A stretch of 64,000 nt of DNA, taken from the IMG/VR virus record IMGVR_UViG_3300045988_127310. The stretch is one strand, 5' to 3'. The DNA comes from a virus. The position numbers and the translations under genes were made by a program. Under the pieces are notes generated by a model. That model was given only the letters and a program-made list of their open reading frames with translations. It was not told the DNA's origin and did not search any database. This document shows, piece after piece, positions 47,691 through 57,059 of the stretch; the first letter of the stretch is position 1; every line of letters begins with the position of its first letter.

Positions 47691-48545
47691 TTAAAAATCA
47701 ATTACCGCCCGAACCATGTCTCCGATGTGCTTGTTGCCGGTGCCCGTGAGGCCACTGGAGAAGACCACGTACCACGCGACGGCCTGGCTGCTCTCAGTAC
47801 TGGACCAATACCACGTCGAGGAGAGGGGAGATGCCGAAACATAAGTGAATGCTTTGTTTAGTTCGTCCATATAATGGGCCATTAAATTTAATTGACCAAG
47901 AGATGGTATATACTCGCCATCTTCCAGCAGATTTCTCAATTTTGGATTTCTGGTTACAAGGCGTTCCGTATTGCCGCGTCCGTCAATGTCAAACAGCGCA
48001 TCACATTCACGTTCGTAATATGTCCCACTTCCGGATTCTTCACGGCTATCATCGTCAAGCAATTGTATGATATCATGCTCCGTCAGTGAGATTGCAAATG
48101 ACATGTATCTGTGCTTCAACCCAATGTATCGTACACAATCTTTGGAGTTATCGCCGGTAAACGGCTCTGCATGTCCGTCTTTGTAGATTATATACAGTCC
48201 GTCAGTTGACTCTTTCTTATCCTCTTCGGATGGTACTCTGTTTTCACATGTACATTTCTCACTTTTGGATCTTACGATTATATTCAACTCATTTAATACA
48301 TGATCCCTGATGACGCTCTCGCACGCTTCTCTTACAAAATCATGATCTCTTCGTTTGAGTTCATCATTCACCATGCATCTGATCCAGTTTTCTATCTGGT
48401 TGTCACCTCCATATGTATTAACCATGTACCGTTTTACGTGTTTCTCCAATAACGGCTCTATGTTTTTGATTATATCTTCTTTGGTAAGGTGAAGTTCATT
48501 TAATATACAGCTCCTTACTGCCTTGCATTCTTTACTTGTGCTCAT
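47691..48545 (-). CDS. hypothetical protein (284 aa), immediately upstream partner of the ABC ATPase
   Basis: Its stop lies 12 nt before the ATPase start. Cys/His-containing, with a GC-rich island at its 3' end. No motif recognised. Confidence 0.55.
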   Translation of the reverse strand: MSTSKECKAVRSCILNELHLTKEDIIKNIEPLLEKHVKRYMVNTYGGDNQIENWIRCMVNDELKRRDHDFVREACESVIRDHVLNELNIIVRSKSEKCTCENRVPSEEDKKESTDGLYIIYKDGHAEPFTGDNSKDCVRYIGLKHRYMSFAISLTEHDIIQLLDDDSREESGSGTYYERECDALFDIDGRGNTERLVTRNPKLRNLLEDGEYIPSLGQLNLMAHYMDELNKAFTYVSASPLSSTWYWSSTESSQAVAWYVVFSSGLTGTGNKHIGDMVRAVIDF

Positions 48546-48556
48546 GATATGCCCAT

Positions 48557-49024
48557 TTAATACTGTGAATCATATTTTCTTTCTCTCCCGCTGTCTTCCC
48601 CTATAGGATTATCCCATCCGTATTTTACAGCCGTAGCTTTAAATAGAGGTAGCCCGTAAAATCCATAATCATCCTCATCCCAGTCTTCAAGACCTTCTTC
48701 CAGGATGTAGTTCCACATCATTACACATTCAAACATTAAACTGGCTGATATTCCTCTCTGATTTAATGCCTTTTCAAAACCGAATCTTACATCTTCCTCA
48801 AGCTGTTTCAAAACATTCTCCCTGGTAAATTCAACTACAGTACTGTTCCACCTTTCTTCGTTATTGTATTCTTCGTTCGGCTTCATACCGAAATCCTTTA
48901 TCATGTTATATGGGATAAATTTAGCCAGTCTGTTAAAATCTCTACCGTCTAAACATCTTGATGTTAATTCTTTAAGTTGTTCTAATGTTTTCATAAGCAA
49001 TTTTGTTTTATAGGTTAATCCCAT
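48557..49024 (-). CDS. hypothetical acidic helical protein (155 aa) translationally coupled to the nucleotidyltransferase
   Basis: Overlaps the upstream nucleotidyltransferase gene by 10 nt. Contains no histidine at all, so it is not a HEPN domain. Confidence 0.5.
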   Translation of the reverse strand: MGLTYKTKLLMKTLEQLKELTSRCLDGRDFNRLAKFIPYNMIKDFGMKPNEEYNNEERWNSTVVEFTRENVLKQLEEDVRFGFEKALNQRGISASLMFECVMMWNYILEEGLEDWDEDDYGFYGLPLFKATAVKYGWDNPIGEDSGRERKYDSQY

Positions 49025-49677
49025 CCTCCAGTAGTGTACAAAGATATATCTTCCTCCTCTACGTTTACACCTTTAATAGCCTGTAGAAGTTTTTTCTTTG
49101 TCTCCCGGCACATATTGTAACCATATCCTTTATACCGATATGAGCGCTCCCATGTACTTACTGGAAAAGGGATATTTTCGTCAATAACCAGCCTCTTCAT
49201 ATGAAGATGTTCGAAGAATTTCTCATGATAGAGTAGTTTGTACTCGTATGCTACTATACTTGCAGATGAGAATGGAAAATAATCATCTTCTTTTTCTTCG
49301 TATTTGGGCTCCTTATAGTAAGCCATTTTTGTCACAGTAAAATCGAAGCTCCTAAGAATCTCTTTCGGCTTTCCAAACTCTGACTCTATGAACTCTATCC
49401 ATACCTTTTCTCCCTCTTTCTGGAACGCACATACCTTCTCATTTCTGTACTTAAATTTCCATCCTTCTTTCTGATGTTTTTCATCATTGAACAAATCAAC
49501 AGCTTCCTGAAAATCGCTTTCACTTTCAAAGAAAATATCAATATCTTTCACTTTTTCTCCGGAAAGGATATTCTTAAAACATCCACCAGCTATGAACCCT
49601 TTGTGACCTTCCATATACTTGTCAAGCCATCTTATTTGCCAGAAATTATCTGGAGTATCTATTACAAAATTGTTCAT
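49015..49677 (-). CDS. nucleotidyltransferase with a PolyA-polymerase/CCA-adding-enzyme head-domain motif (Pol-beta superfamily)
   Basis: FIAGGCFKNILSGEKVKDIDIFF matches the GGxVRDxLLGxxxKDxDh head-domain signature of class-II tRNA nucleotidyltransferases and poly(A) polymerases. It is only 220 aa, lacking the usual body and tail domains. Confidence 0.6.
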   Translation of the reverse strand: MNNFVIDTPDNFWQIRWLDKYMEGHKGFIAGGCFKNILSGEKVKDIDIFFESESDFQEAVDLFNDEKHQKEGWKFKYRNEKVCAFQKEGEKVWIEFIESEFGKPKEILRSFDFTVTKMAYYKEPKYEEKEDDYFPFSSASIVAYEYKLLYHEKFFEHLHMKRLVIDENIPFPVSTWERSYRYKGYGYNMCRETKKKLLQAIKGVNVEEEDISLYTTGGWD

Positions 49678-49695
49678 ATCGTTTGTATTTTGCTG

Positions 49696-49950
49696 TTACC
49701 AAGCGAGATAAAAATTCCGCTTCACAATAATACAGTGAGTGTAATTGCTTAGGTCGATTCCATTGTCCGTAAATGTATCCAGGACCCGTTTTTCCACGTA
49801 TTTGAGTTTTACTGTTATCCCCTTCTTAAACACTTCTATTAACTTCTCATTGCACTCAATAGGTCCAATAAAACAGTACCTATTTGAAGGACTGTCTGAT
49901 ATACAATATGTCTGACATCCTAACATGTTGCTTAAAATATTCTCATACAT
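49696..49950 (-). CDS. hypothetical protein (84 aa)
   Basis: Colinear ORF. Confidence 0.4.
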   Translation of the reverse strand: MYENILSNMLGCQTYCISDSPSNRYCFIGPIECNEKLIEVFKKGITVKLKYVEKRVLDTFTDNGIDLSNYTHCIIVKRNFYLAW

Positions 49951-50075
49951 ATTTTCTATATTTTACAATTTTTAGCTATGTTACTTAATTCAGCAGTCAT
50001 TATCAAATCTGATAGTGATCGCCCCGCATGCACATTTTTGAATAAATTTTATCTTTAATAATTTTCTCATTAGAG

Positions 50076-50549
50076 TTATCCTCTATTTACTTTTTTCTTT
50101 ATTTCTTCCGCGATCTCTTCTAATGTTGTTGGAGATAAATAATCATCTATCCTCAACTCTCTTACATAATCTAAGCAATCCAGACCCTTAGCATCTATTT
50201 CCTGCCTCTCTTCGTCGACCCACCTTAAAGTGCCATTTTCTCCACATTCCGGGCATTTGTCAGCTCCACATGGAAGAAGCATTTGTGCTCCACATAAGAC
50301 ACATCTTACCCAGTCTCCGTGCTGCACCCCTTCGTATGTTCTTGTTTTCATATTTGTCATTTTATCATTTACAACTTTCACTTCTTCGCTCCACAAACGT
50401 ATCTTATATATCGGAGTGATGCCGATCAGAATACCACTATCTTCACCCCAATACTGAAGTGTTTTGGACTCGATTTTATGATGCAATTCCTGTATTCCTC
50501 CTTTGTTTCTGTCATAAGGATAAAAATCAGATAACTTTATCGTTTTCAT
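50076..50549 (-). CDS. zinc-ribbon protein (157 aa)
   Basis: CVLCG...CPECG. Confidence 0.5.
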   Translation of the reverse strand: MKTIKLSDFYPYDRNKGGIQELHHKIESKTLQYWGEDSGILIGITPIYKIRLWSEEVKVVNDKMTNMKTRTYEGVQHGDWVRCVLCGAQMLLPCGADKCPECGENGTLRWVDEERQEIDAKGLDCLDYVRELRIDDYLSPTTLEEIAEEIKKKVNRG

Positions 50550-51283
50550 TTTTCTGGATTTTCAGCAGTTTCTAAAAGACATCCATTGCCCTCAAAAGGA
50601 ATGCAATAATCCCATAATGTTCCATTGAAACATTCATACTTATAAGGCAATCCATTATAATCGTCCACAATTTCCCTTGCAAACAAACTGATATTCCATT
50701 TTTTATTTCCTTCTTTTCTTACCAGCACTTTGTCAAACGGCTTAAAATCATATTTCGGTTTTTCTTCAATTCCGAAGAAGCGTTTCAGATATTCTTTTGC
50801 TTTAGGATTTTCGCTTTTCTTTAACGCTTTAATCATCTTCTGTTTTTCCGAATCTGTTGCAAGTCTATAACATTCTATGTGGTTTTCGTGTGCAGCAATA
50901 TTATCCGATATATTAAGACTTGTTCCCGCTGCAAGACTCGCATACAAAGATGTTAAATATTTCCCATGCATATTTAAAATAAAAATATAACTTCCATCTT
51001 TGTTGCTTAACACATCTCCATCTTTAAATGTAGTATATTCCGGGACTTCAAGAAGGAGGCGATTTTCGCTGCTAAATGCTTTTCCTGTAGCAGAAAACCA
51101 ATCTGCCGATACAGAAATAGAATGAATTACAACCAATAACGGACAAATTGACGAATTGTCTTCATATACTATTTCTGCTCTATTTCGTCCTTTCTCTGTC
51201 ACAATCTGACCTACTCTTTCCCCTATGTTTATTTTTTTCGCCGTTTCTAAATCAAACGGGATTGTTACCATTTTATATTCCAT
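50546..51283 (-). CDS. hypothetical protein, tandem paralog A (245 aa)
   Basis: Shares VPFDL.TA.KI, FK.GDVL...G..FI and DFKPF..VLVR...W...LF...CIP[FY]EGN..LL with 51288..52025. Confidence 0.6.
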   Translation of the reverse strand: MEYKMVTIPFDLETAKKINIGERVGQIVTEKGRNRAEIVYEDNSSICPLLVVIHSISVSADWFSATGKAFSSENRLLLEVPEYTTFKDGDVLSNKDGSYIFILNMHGKYLTSLYASLAAGTSLNISDNIAAHENHIECYRLATDSEKQKMIKALKKSENPKAKEYLKRFFGIEEKPKYDFKPFDKVLVRKEGNKKWNISLFAREIVDDYNGLPYKYECFNGTLWDYCIPFEGNGCLLETAENPEK

Positions 51284-51287
51284 AATC

Positions 51288-52025
51288 TTATTTGTTTTTA
51301 TTGGTTCCTAAAAGATGTTCGTTCCCTTCGTATGGGATACACTGACTAAATCCTACCCCTCCTAAGCATTCGTATTTATTATCTCCTACTGATTCTCTGG
51401 AAAATAGATGCAATTTCCACCTCTCTTGGTTAGTTCTTCTTACCAGCACTCGTTCAAATGGTTTGAAGTCACGTTTCGGCATCTCATCTAATAGATACTC
51501 ATATTCACTTAAATATCGTTTTATTATATCTATTTTTCTACTGTCTTCGGCTTTTATAATCTTTTCTGCTAAAAATTTCTTCTCTTCCTCTATAGCCTTT
51601 CTTACATGCCGTTTTCTATATTCGTCATACACATCAGTCCATGATTTGTAATCAAACCCAATATCTCCAAATGATGCCATTCCGCATATACATCCCATTA
51701 CCCCTTTGGTAATAATTCCATCATATATGAATTGATATCCATTAGTGCTTGTTAATACATCTCCTTTCTTAAAATACGCTCCAGCCTCTACTTTCAATTC
51801 CAGAGTGGTGCCGCCAATAGTACAACCTTCCGTGTTGGCATATATAGCACTTACCCCATATCCATCTTTTTTTACAAAAAGCAAATTATAAGGACCTGCA
51901 CAGTCTTTCGACTCATATACAAATTCTATTTCAATATTATCAATTAATACCGAACCTTCTATTTCTCCGCTTTTAATTTTTCTCGCCGTATTTAAATCAA
52001 ACGGAACAATAATTGGATTTTCCAT
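51288..52025 (-). CDS. hypothetical protein, tandem paralog B (245 aa)
   Basis: Same length and conserved blocks as 50546..51283. Confidence 0.6.
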   Translation of the reverse strand: MENPIIVPFDLNTARKIKSGEIEGSVLIDNIEIEFVYESKDCAGPYNLLFVKKDGYGVSAIYANTEGCTIGGTTLELKVEAGAYFKKGDVLTSTNGYQFIYDGIITKGVMGCICGMASFGDIGFDYKSWTDVYDEYRKRHVRKAIEEEKKFLAEKIIKAEDSRKIDIIKRYLSEYEYLLDEMPKRDFKPFERVLVRRTNQERWKLHLFSRESVGDNKYECLGGVGFSQCIPYEGNEHLLGTNKNK

Positions 52026-52065
52026 ATCTTTTCGTTTTTAATTGTTATAAAACAGGATGGGTTAC

Positions 52066-53127
52066 TTACGCCCATCCCAGTTGTTTTGCTATTCTCTCCA
52101 TTTCGTCATATGCTATCCTATGACATCCAGCGGTTAGCAAATCGTTTTCGTACCGATTTAGACTCCACTGGTGACCGGTGACGTCCTCCACCAGACCGTG
52201 CCGAAACTCGGCGCCCCGGTGCATTGCCGACACAGCCCGCCACAGTTTTCTGGCTTCTGCTACTCCAATCTTTATCTGTTTACTTGTCTCAATAATATTT
52301 CCTTTTATACGAATCCAGGCGTTAGGTTTTTCACCAGGAATATAGAAAGGTGTATTCAAGAAATTTATTTCTCCTGACTTCCACTCTTCCAGTTTTTCAT
52401 CAAAATCCTTGTAACGGGCTTCTTCTTCCTTTCTTAATCTCTCTAATTTTATTCTTTCTCTTTCTTCCTCACCCTTTCTCCATCTTTCAGATCTTTCTGA
52501 ATACTTAATCCATGTACCTTCCCCGCAAACTTCATCAACAATCACATTTACGGTCCCTAACACTTTTAATCCTTGATGATCTAATAAAATTTGAAAGATG
52601 CGTTTTAATTCATGTACGTGCTTACGCTTGATACTATCTCCGCTCTTGGATAATTCATGATTGGTTCCAAGCCAATCATTAGCACTCTTTTTAAGGATAC
52701 TCTTAGCAGTCCCCATGTTAAAGAACTGAATGTAATCCATCATATTCCCAAAAGCGCCCCAAATATCTGTATAAGATAATTCTGTTTTAGCTCTTTTGTA
52801 TTTTTCAATAGACTTCTTAATTGATTCCAGTTTGCTGGCAACAAACCCCATATTACCAGTATCCGATATATTATCCCCTACACTGAAAACCATTGCCCAA
52901 GTTGGTATCGCATTACGAACATAGCATTGATGTTTGTTCGTGGTAGCAGAATAATAATCTTCATTTATCAGGTATGCTTTCTTCCCTTGTTTGTTTTTTA
53001 CTATTCTCCCGACTTCAAAGTGATACCCATAAGAATAAATACTTGTACCTTCAAAGAAGAAATTGCTCCCTGATGCTGATTCTTCTTGTTCATGAGCCCA
53101 CAAGTGAGCGACCATTGAATTGTTCAT
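52066..53127 (-). CDS. hypothetical protein (353 aa) with a central charged coiled-coil
   Basis: Long ORF with a KGEEERERIKLERLRKEEEARYKDFDEKLEEW segment and a GC-rich island near its 3' end. Confidence 0.6.
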   Translation of the reverse strand: MNNSMVAHLWAHEQEESASGSNFFFEGTSIYSYGYHFEVGRIVKNKQGKKAYLINEDYYSATTNKHQCYVRNAIPTWAMVFSVGDNISDTGNMGFVASKLESIKKSIEKYKRAKTELSYTDIWGAFGNMMDYIQFFNMGTAKSILKKSANDWLGTNHELSKSGDSIKRKHVHELKRIFQILLDHQGLKVLGTVNVIVDEVCGEGTWIKYSERSERWRKGEEERERIKLERLRKEEEARYKDFDEKLEEWKSGEINFLNTPFYIPGEKPNAWIRIKGNIIETSKQIKIGVAEARKLWRAVSAMHRGAEFRHGLVEDVTGHQWSLNRYENDLLTAGCHRIAYDEMERIAKQLGWA

Positions 53128-53139
53128 ATAAATATCTTT

Positions 53140-53406
53140 TTAATTGTTTAACTTACCTTTATCATATGACATTCTCTTTTCGTATTTTTCAATACGTTCG
53201 GTTATCATATCGCAGAAGACTTGCCCCTCTTTTTCGGAACCTCTGAAGTAACCAACCATCTTCAGAATATTTCCGTCAAATTCATGGACAAACTTGTTAT
53301 AATAATGCTCACCCATTACCCGTCCGTATTTTTCTACGAACAAATCCTTGTCCAGTGATTCATCCTTAAAGCAACGATTGTAATCCCATCTTGCTTTTAT
53401 GCTCAT
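53140..53406 (-). CDS. hypothetical protein (88 aa)
   Basis: Colinear ORF. Confidence 0.45.
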   Translation of the reverse strand: MSIKARWDYNRCFKDESLDKDLFVEKYGRVMGEHYYNKFVHEFDGNILKMVGYFRGSEKEGQVFCDMITERIEKYEKRMSYDKGKLNN

Positions 53407-53795
53407 AGTTTTATTAATCTACAGTTACTATCTTCAAATACCGGAACCTTCCCTTGTTCTCTAAAATAAGCAGTGGCCACCTTGAAAGCATAAAGCGGAT
53501 TTACTTTCTGGATTTCTCGTTGTGATTTATAGAAAGATAACGGCTTACATACATAGAAATTTTCATTGCCAAGACTCCCAAAAAGCCAATCCATACTACC
53601 TTCATCACAATTAGTGCCACCCAGTATTATTAAATCACATCCGGTCTTTCGGGTTCCAAGAATAAACATCTTATTCTTGTTTTTCGGTTGCATAAATATT
53701 TCCTTGTCGATTTTAAACCAGTCACTCTGGCAACTCTCCACATCCCGGCGAACGATTTCGTCGATTTCATGGGCATATTCTTCTTGTGTTTTCAT
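53403..53795 (-). CDS. hypothetical protein (130 aa)
   Basis: 4-nt overlap with the downstream gene. Confidence 0.5.
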   Translation of the reverse strand: MKTQEEYAHEIDEIVRRDVESCQSDWFKIDKEIFMQPKNKNKMFILGTRKTGCDLIILGGTNCDEGSMDWLFGSLGNENFYVCKPLSFYKSQREIQKVNPLYAFKVATAYFREQGKVPVFEDSNCRLIKL

Positions 53796-53823
53796 AAGAT
53801 ATGTTATTAAAAATGATAACTAC

Positions 53824-54248
53824 ATATGTTTCTTAAAAGAAATTCCAACAACCTGTTACGATAAATTCTCCCATCCCGTATTCAGCAAGTTGCTTAAACG
53901 ATTCTATCCCATTGCAATAATAAAAAACATTATCATTATCATCATCGTTGATGCTCAATGATAGTTTTATTGTCGCTCTTTTATCGTCTCCTGTCTTCTT
54001 CCACACAATCTGACATTCTATGTATTCAGGCTCCTTACCTGTTTTTTCTACAAATTCATGAAATCTTAAATCAATTTCATGTTTGACTTCTTCAACGTTA
54101 GATATTATTACCTCGTTTTCACAATCCCCGCAAATAGCATGCGTGAAAGATTCATCAAAATAATCTATTATTTCTCTGGTATTCGGATTTACTATGGCTT
54201 CACAAGCAACCTTTGTTCCACCACATCTTGTACATATATATCCCGTAA
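53824..54248 (-). CDS. candidate zinc-ribbon CDS (~135 codons) with no ATG/GTG/TTG start; possible frameshifted continuation of 54249..54437
   Basis: A stop-free frame encodes ...YICTRCGG...CGDC... It exactly fills a 450-nt gap that has no other ORF. In-frame start candidates are only ATA/ATT. Confidence 0.3.
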
Positions 54249-54437
54249 TTATCTTCTTTTAAAATGTTGAATAATTTCATCTACTGTAGCCTTACGCCAT
54301 GTGATGCAGCTTGCGTCTCCCCTGAACCGGAGCTCTTCGCACTTTACCCACCTGTCTCCTATGGCGTCCGTCACTATCAGCCATTGACCTGAATCAGTAT
54401 TATTTGTAATTCTTTGGTGTTCTTTTTGATAATACAC
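54249..54437 (-). CDS. hypothetical small protein
   Basis: 62 aa; contains a GC-rich island. Confidence 0.35.
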   Translation of the reverse strand: MYYQKEHQRITNNTDSGQWLIVTDAIGDRWVKCEELRFRGDASCITWRKATVDEIIQHFKRR

Positions 54438-54458
54438 CCTCGTGATCTCCCCATCTCC

Positions 54459-55355
54459 TTATTCTTTCAGGTTATGTTCTTTCATTATTTCTTCTATCAA
54501 TTCGTCTGTTTCCATATAATAACCCCAACAGGAATCAACCTCTTCCCATCCTTCTCCCTCTTCATCCTCCCTGGATTCATCTTCGTATTTCTTGACAAAT
54601 TTCACTTTCTTTTCAAGCACGTACCCCTTTACATCTTCCCGCATCCACATACCTATGGATTTCACTTCATCATCAATCAATTTGTCAATTTGGGTTTTCC
54701 AATCGGAAGTATTATTACTAACTATTTTTGTGTACCTCTCCTTTGTACAGAAAGCTATACCTTTAACATAATCCTCTTGACTGTATCCTGTTGTGGACCA
54801 TTCTTTGACAAATATATCCTTGCCTAAGTCTGAAAGAATCTGAATCAATTCTTCACATCCTAAGTCTTCTATAAATTCATACGTATAATCATACGTGTAA
54901 AGATCTGATGGAGAAATGCTAAAAATTTCTTTATAATACCACATTTTATCATGGTTATCATATCTCAGTCGATAACCGTCAATCTTGCCTTTCTTAAAAT
55001 AATTCAGCAAGTCTTTCCATTTAACATATTCACTAATAAGTTTATGTAGTGCATCTATAAGTGAGTGCCGACTATCTCCGTATTTACCAAACACTTCTCT
55101 CCAATCGCACACATCTTGCAGTCGATGTAAATAGATACATTCCCATAAGAAACATGCTGCCATATCCCAACTTTCACAAGGACATGCACTGTCAGTATCA
55201 TAGTATATTTTTATACGATAATTCCCTACTTCTTTTGTTGTAATAAGTCCGTCTTCCATGTCTTTATATTTTACACAAAGTGAATAATATATATCTAACA
55301 CCATAACTGTTATGTTTATATGATACCGAGAAACCCTCAGAACGAGCAAAATCAA
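54459..55355 (-). CDS. hypothetical protein (298 aa)
   Basis: Colinear ORF. Confidence 0.55.
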   Translation of the reverse strand: MILLVLRVSRYHINITVMVLDIYYSLCVKYKDMEDGLITTKEVGNYRIKIYYDTDSACPCESWDMAACFLWECIYLHRLQDVCDWREVFGKYGDSRHSLIDALHKLISEYVKWKDLLNYFKKGKIDGYRLRYDNHDKMWYYKEIFSISPSDLYTYDYTYEFIEDLGCEELIQILSDLGKDIFVKEWSTTGYSQEDYVKGIAFCTKERYTKIVSNNTSDWKTQIDKLIDDEVKSIGMWMREDVKGYVLEKKVKFVKKYEDESREDEEGEGWEEVDSCWGYYMETDELIEEIMKEHNLKE

Positions 55356-55548
55356 TTGCTACCTGTTCATGTGCCATACGAATTGTGTTACCATTAGATG
55401 ATATATTAGTTTCTCGAATATGCTTGTCGCAAATAAAACTTGCATATCCATACGCCTTAATTAGACGAGAGATTTTACTAATAAATTCGTCTTTACTGAA
55501 TGGTGCTTCTTGCGCTATTTCCATACGCAATTTTTCTGCTGCTGTCAT
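55264..55548 (-). CDS. hypothetical small protein (true start probably an internal Met)
   Basis: Overlaps the downstream gene by 92 nt as called. Confidence 0.4.
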   Translation of the reverse strand: MTAAEKLRMEIAQEAPFSKDEFISKISRLIKAYGYASFICDKHIRETNISSNGNTIRMAHEQVAIDFARSEGFSVSYKHNSYGVRYILFTLCKI

Positions 55549-55552
55549 AATA

Positions 55553-55867
55553 TTAATCTGTTATTTTATAATAATAATCAAGTTCCTCTCCCTTAAAGTT
55601 GTTCATGGCATACTCGTCAGCTTCCCGCCACAACCGGTCATACAATGCGGCCAGTTCACGATTGCTTTCATAATGCTGCCAGATTTTATGATTCAATACG
55701 AGCGTTAATTCCGTGAAAAACTTATAATCATCTTCCCATTCACTGAATGCACGTTTGTAGGTATCTTTGACACCTGCTACACCATACTTGTCGGCTATGC
55801 TGAAATCTTCCCAAAAGGTAGTTATCAGGTCATAGCCGTTCTCCTGCATAAATTCTCGAAATGTCAT
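55553..55867 (-). CDS. hypothetical protein (104 aa)
   Basis: Colinear ORF. Confidence 0.5.
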   Translation of the reverse strand: MTFREFMQENGYDLITTFWEDFSIADKYGVAGVKDTYKRAFSEWEDDYKFFTELTLVLNHKIWQHYESNRELAALYDRLWREADEYAMNNFKGEELDYYYKITD

Positions 55868-56026
55868 AAGCTATTATTTTAATCTTCTTTTTACATTATG
55901 CTTACTTTTTCCAGCACCAAAAATTCACAGCATATTTCCCAGTAGTTATAAATATCTTATCCCCTCCTATCTCCGCAAGTATGTTCTTTCCAAATATCCT
56001 TGTAAGAAGCGGTATGTACTTTGCAT

Positions 56027-56422
56027 CTATAGGTAAATCCTGGGTTTTGTATTAAACAGCCTAACAGTGTGAAAATCTTCATTTAGCTCTACCCTGTTTT
56101 TATCCCAATACCCCAAATCGTTGATAGTTGCCGGGAATCCTCCTACGTCGTTATACTTATAGTAATCGTTTTGATTAAAAACGATTCCCTTTATTAAGAG
56201 GTTCCCGATGCTTTTCATGTTGAATCCGGACAACGCGATCTGCTCTGAGATATAACTAATCAAACAGTTATGATACGTGTTTGGCTTATCTCCTCTCTCG
56301 TTAATAATTTTCTTCCATTTCTTCGTTAATGGAACCCTAATATCCATATATGTACCAAATACGACTATGTTAGGACATTCTCCTTCAAACTTCGTTAAAT
56401 CTTCTACTCTCATAATCAACAA
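56027..56422 (-). CDS. hypothetical protein (131 aa)
   Basis: Colinear ORF. Confidence 0.5.
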   Translation of the reverse strand: MLIMRVEDLTKFEGECPNIVVFGTYMDIRVPLTKKWKKIINERGDKPNTYHNCLISYISEQIALSGFNMKSIGNLLIKGIVFNQNDYYKYNDVGGFPATINDLGYWDKNRVELNEDFHTVRLFNTKPRIYL

Positions 56423-56515
56423 ACATTTGTATTGTTTTCGTCGTTCACTATCTGACTAATGTACGGTCCTGGCCACAGACAGCCAGGCCGGCCTCATGGC
56501 AGGGCAGGCGCCGCC

Positions 56516-56704
56516 TTACTCTGGCTGTTCTACCCACTCCCTGTATCCTACATTAAAACCAATAGGATCATACCTTTTGATCATAGTGCCATAATTCTCT
56601 CTACCGCAATACCTGTTCTTTCCTCCAATGATCCATCTCTCATCGTCTCTATCTGGAGATATTGAGTTAAGATACTTCTCATAATCTTTTCTACTCTTTC
56701 CCAT
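56516..56704 (-). CDS. hypothetical small protein
   Basis: 62 aa; GC-rich 3' end. Confidence 0.35.
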   Translation of the reverse strand: MGKSRKDYEKYLNSISPDRDDERWIIGGKNRYCGRENYGTMIKRYDPIGFNVGYREWVEQPE

Positions 56705-57059
56705 CTTTGTCTTGATTTAAGCAATAGTTAATAAAATAAGCAACCTGTTCATTTTCCCCTGTATTATCATAATCACCTAAAGTCATATCATCATAATCCA
56801 GCAGAACTATACGAAAATCGTTTTTTTTGACATACACTTCCGTTAAATACATAGGAATCCCAGCAATTTCTATTATCACCGGAAACTGATCGTCAAAGTC
56901 AAATACATCATTAGTTTCTTTAAATTCTTTAAACTCTTTAAATTTTAGCTTTATAATTCCATTGTTTTCTGCTAATGCTTCTTTGATGTACTTTAATCTT
57001 TTTGCATTCAGATCAACCTCCGCTTTTTCTATTTCTTTGTACAATTCATTCAGATCCAT
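56691..57059 (-). CDS. hypothetical acidic protein (122 aa)
   Basis: Colinear ORF. Confidence 0.5.
   Translation of the reverse strand: MDLNELYKEIEKAEVDLNAKRLKYIKEALAENNGIIKLKFKEFKEFKETNDVFDFDDQFPVIIEIAGIPMYLTEVYVKKNDFRIVLLDYDDMTLGDYDNTGENEQVAYFINYCLNQDKDGKE

Noticed and set aside
49015-49677. CBASS CD-NTase or MNT-HEPN toxin-antitoxin interpretation of the nucleotidyltransferase pair
   Set aside because: The motif matches the PolyA-pol/CCA head signature better than the GS...DhD CD-NTase motif. At 220 aa the protein is too short for a CD-NTase, and the partner has no histidine and so cannot be a HEPN Rx4-6H toxin.
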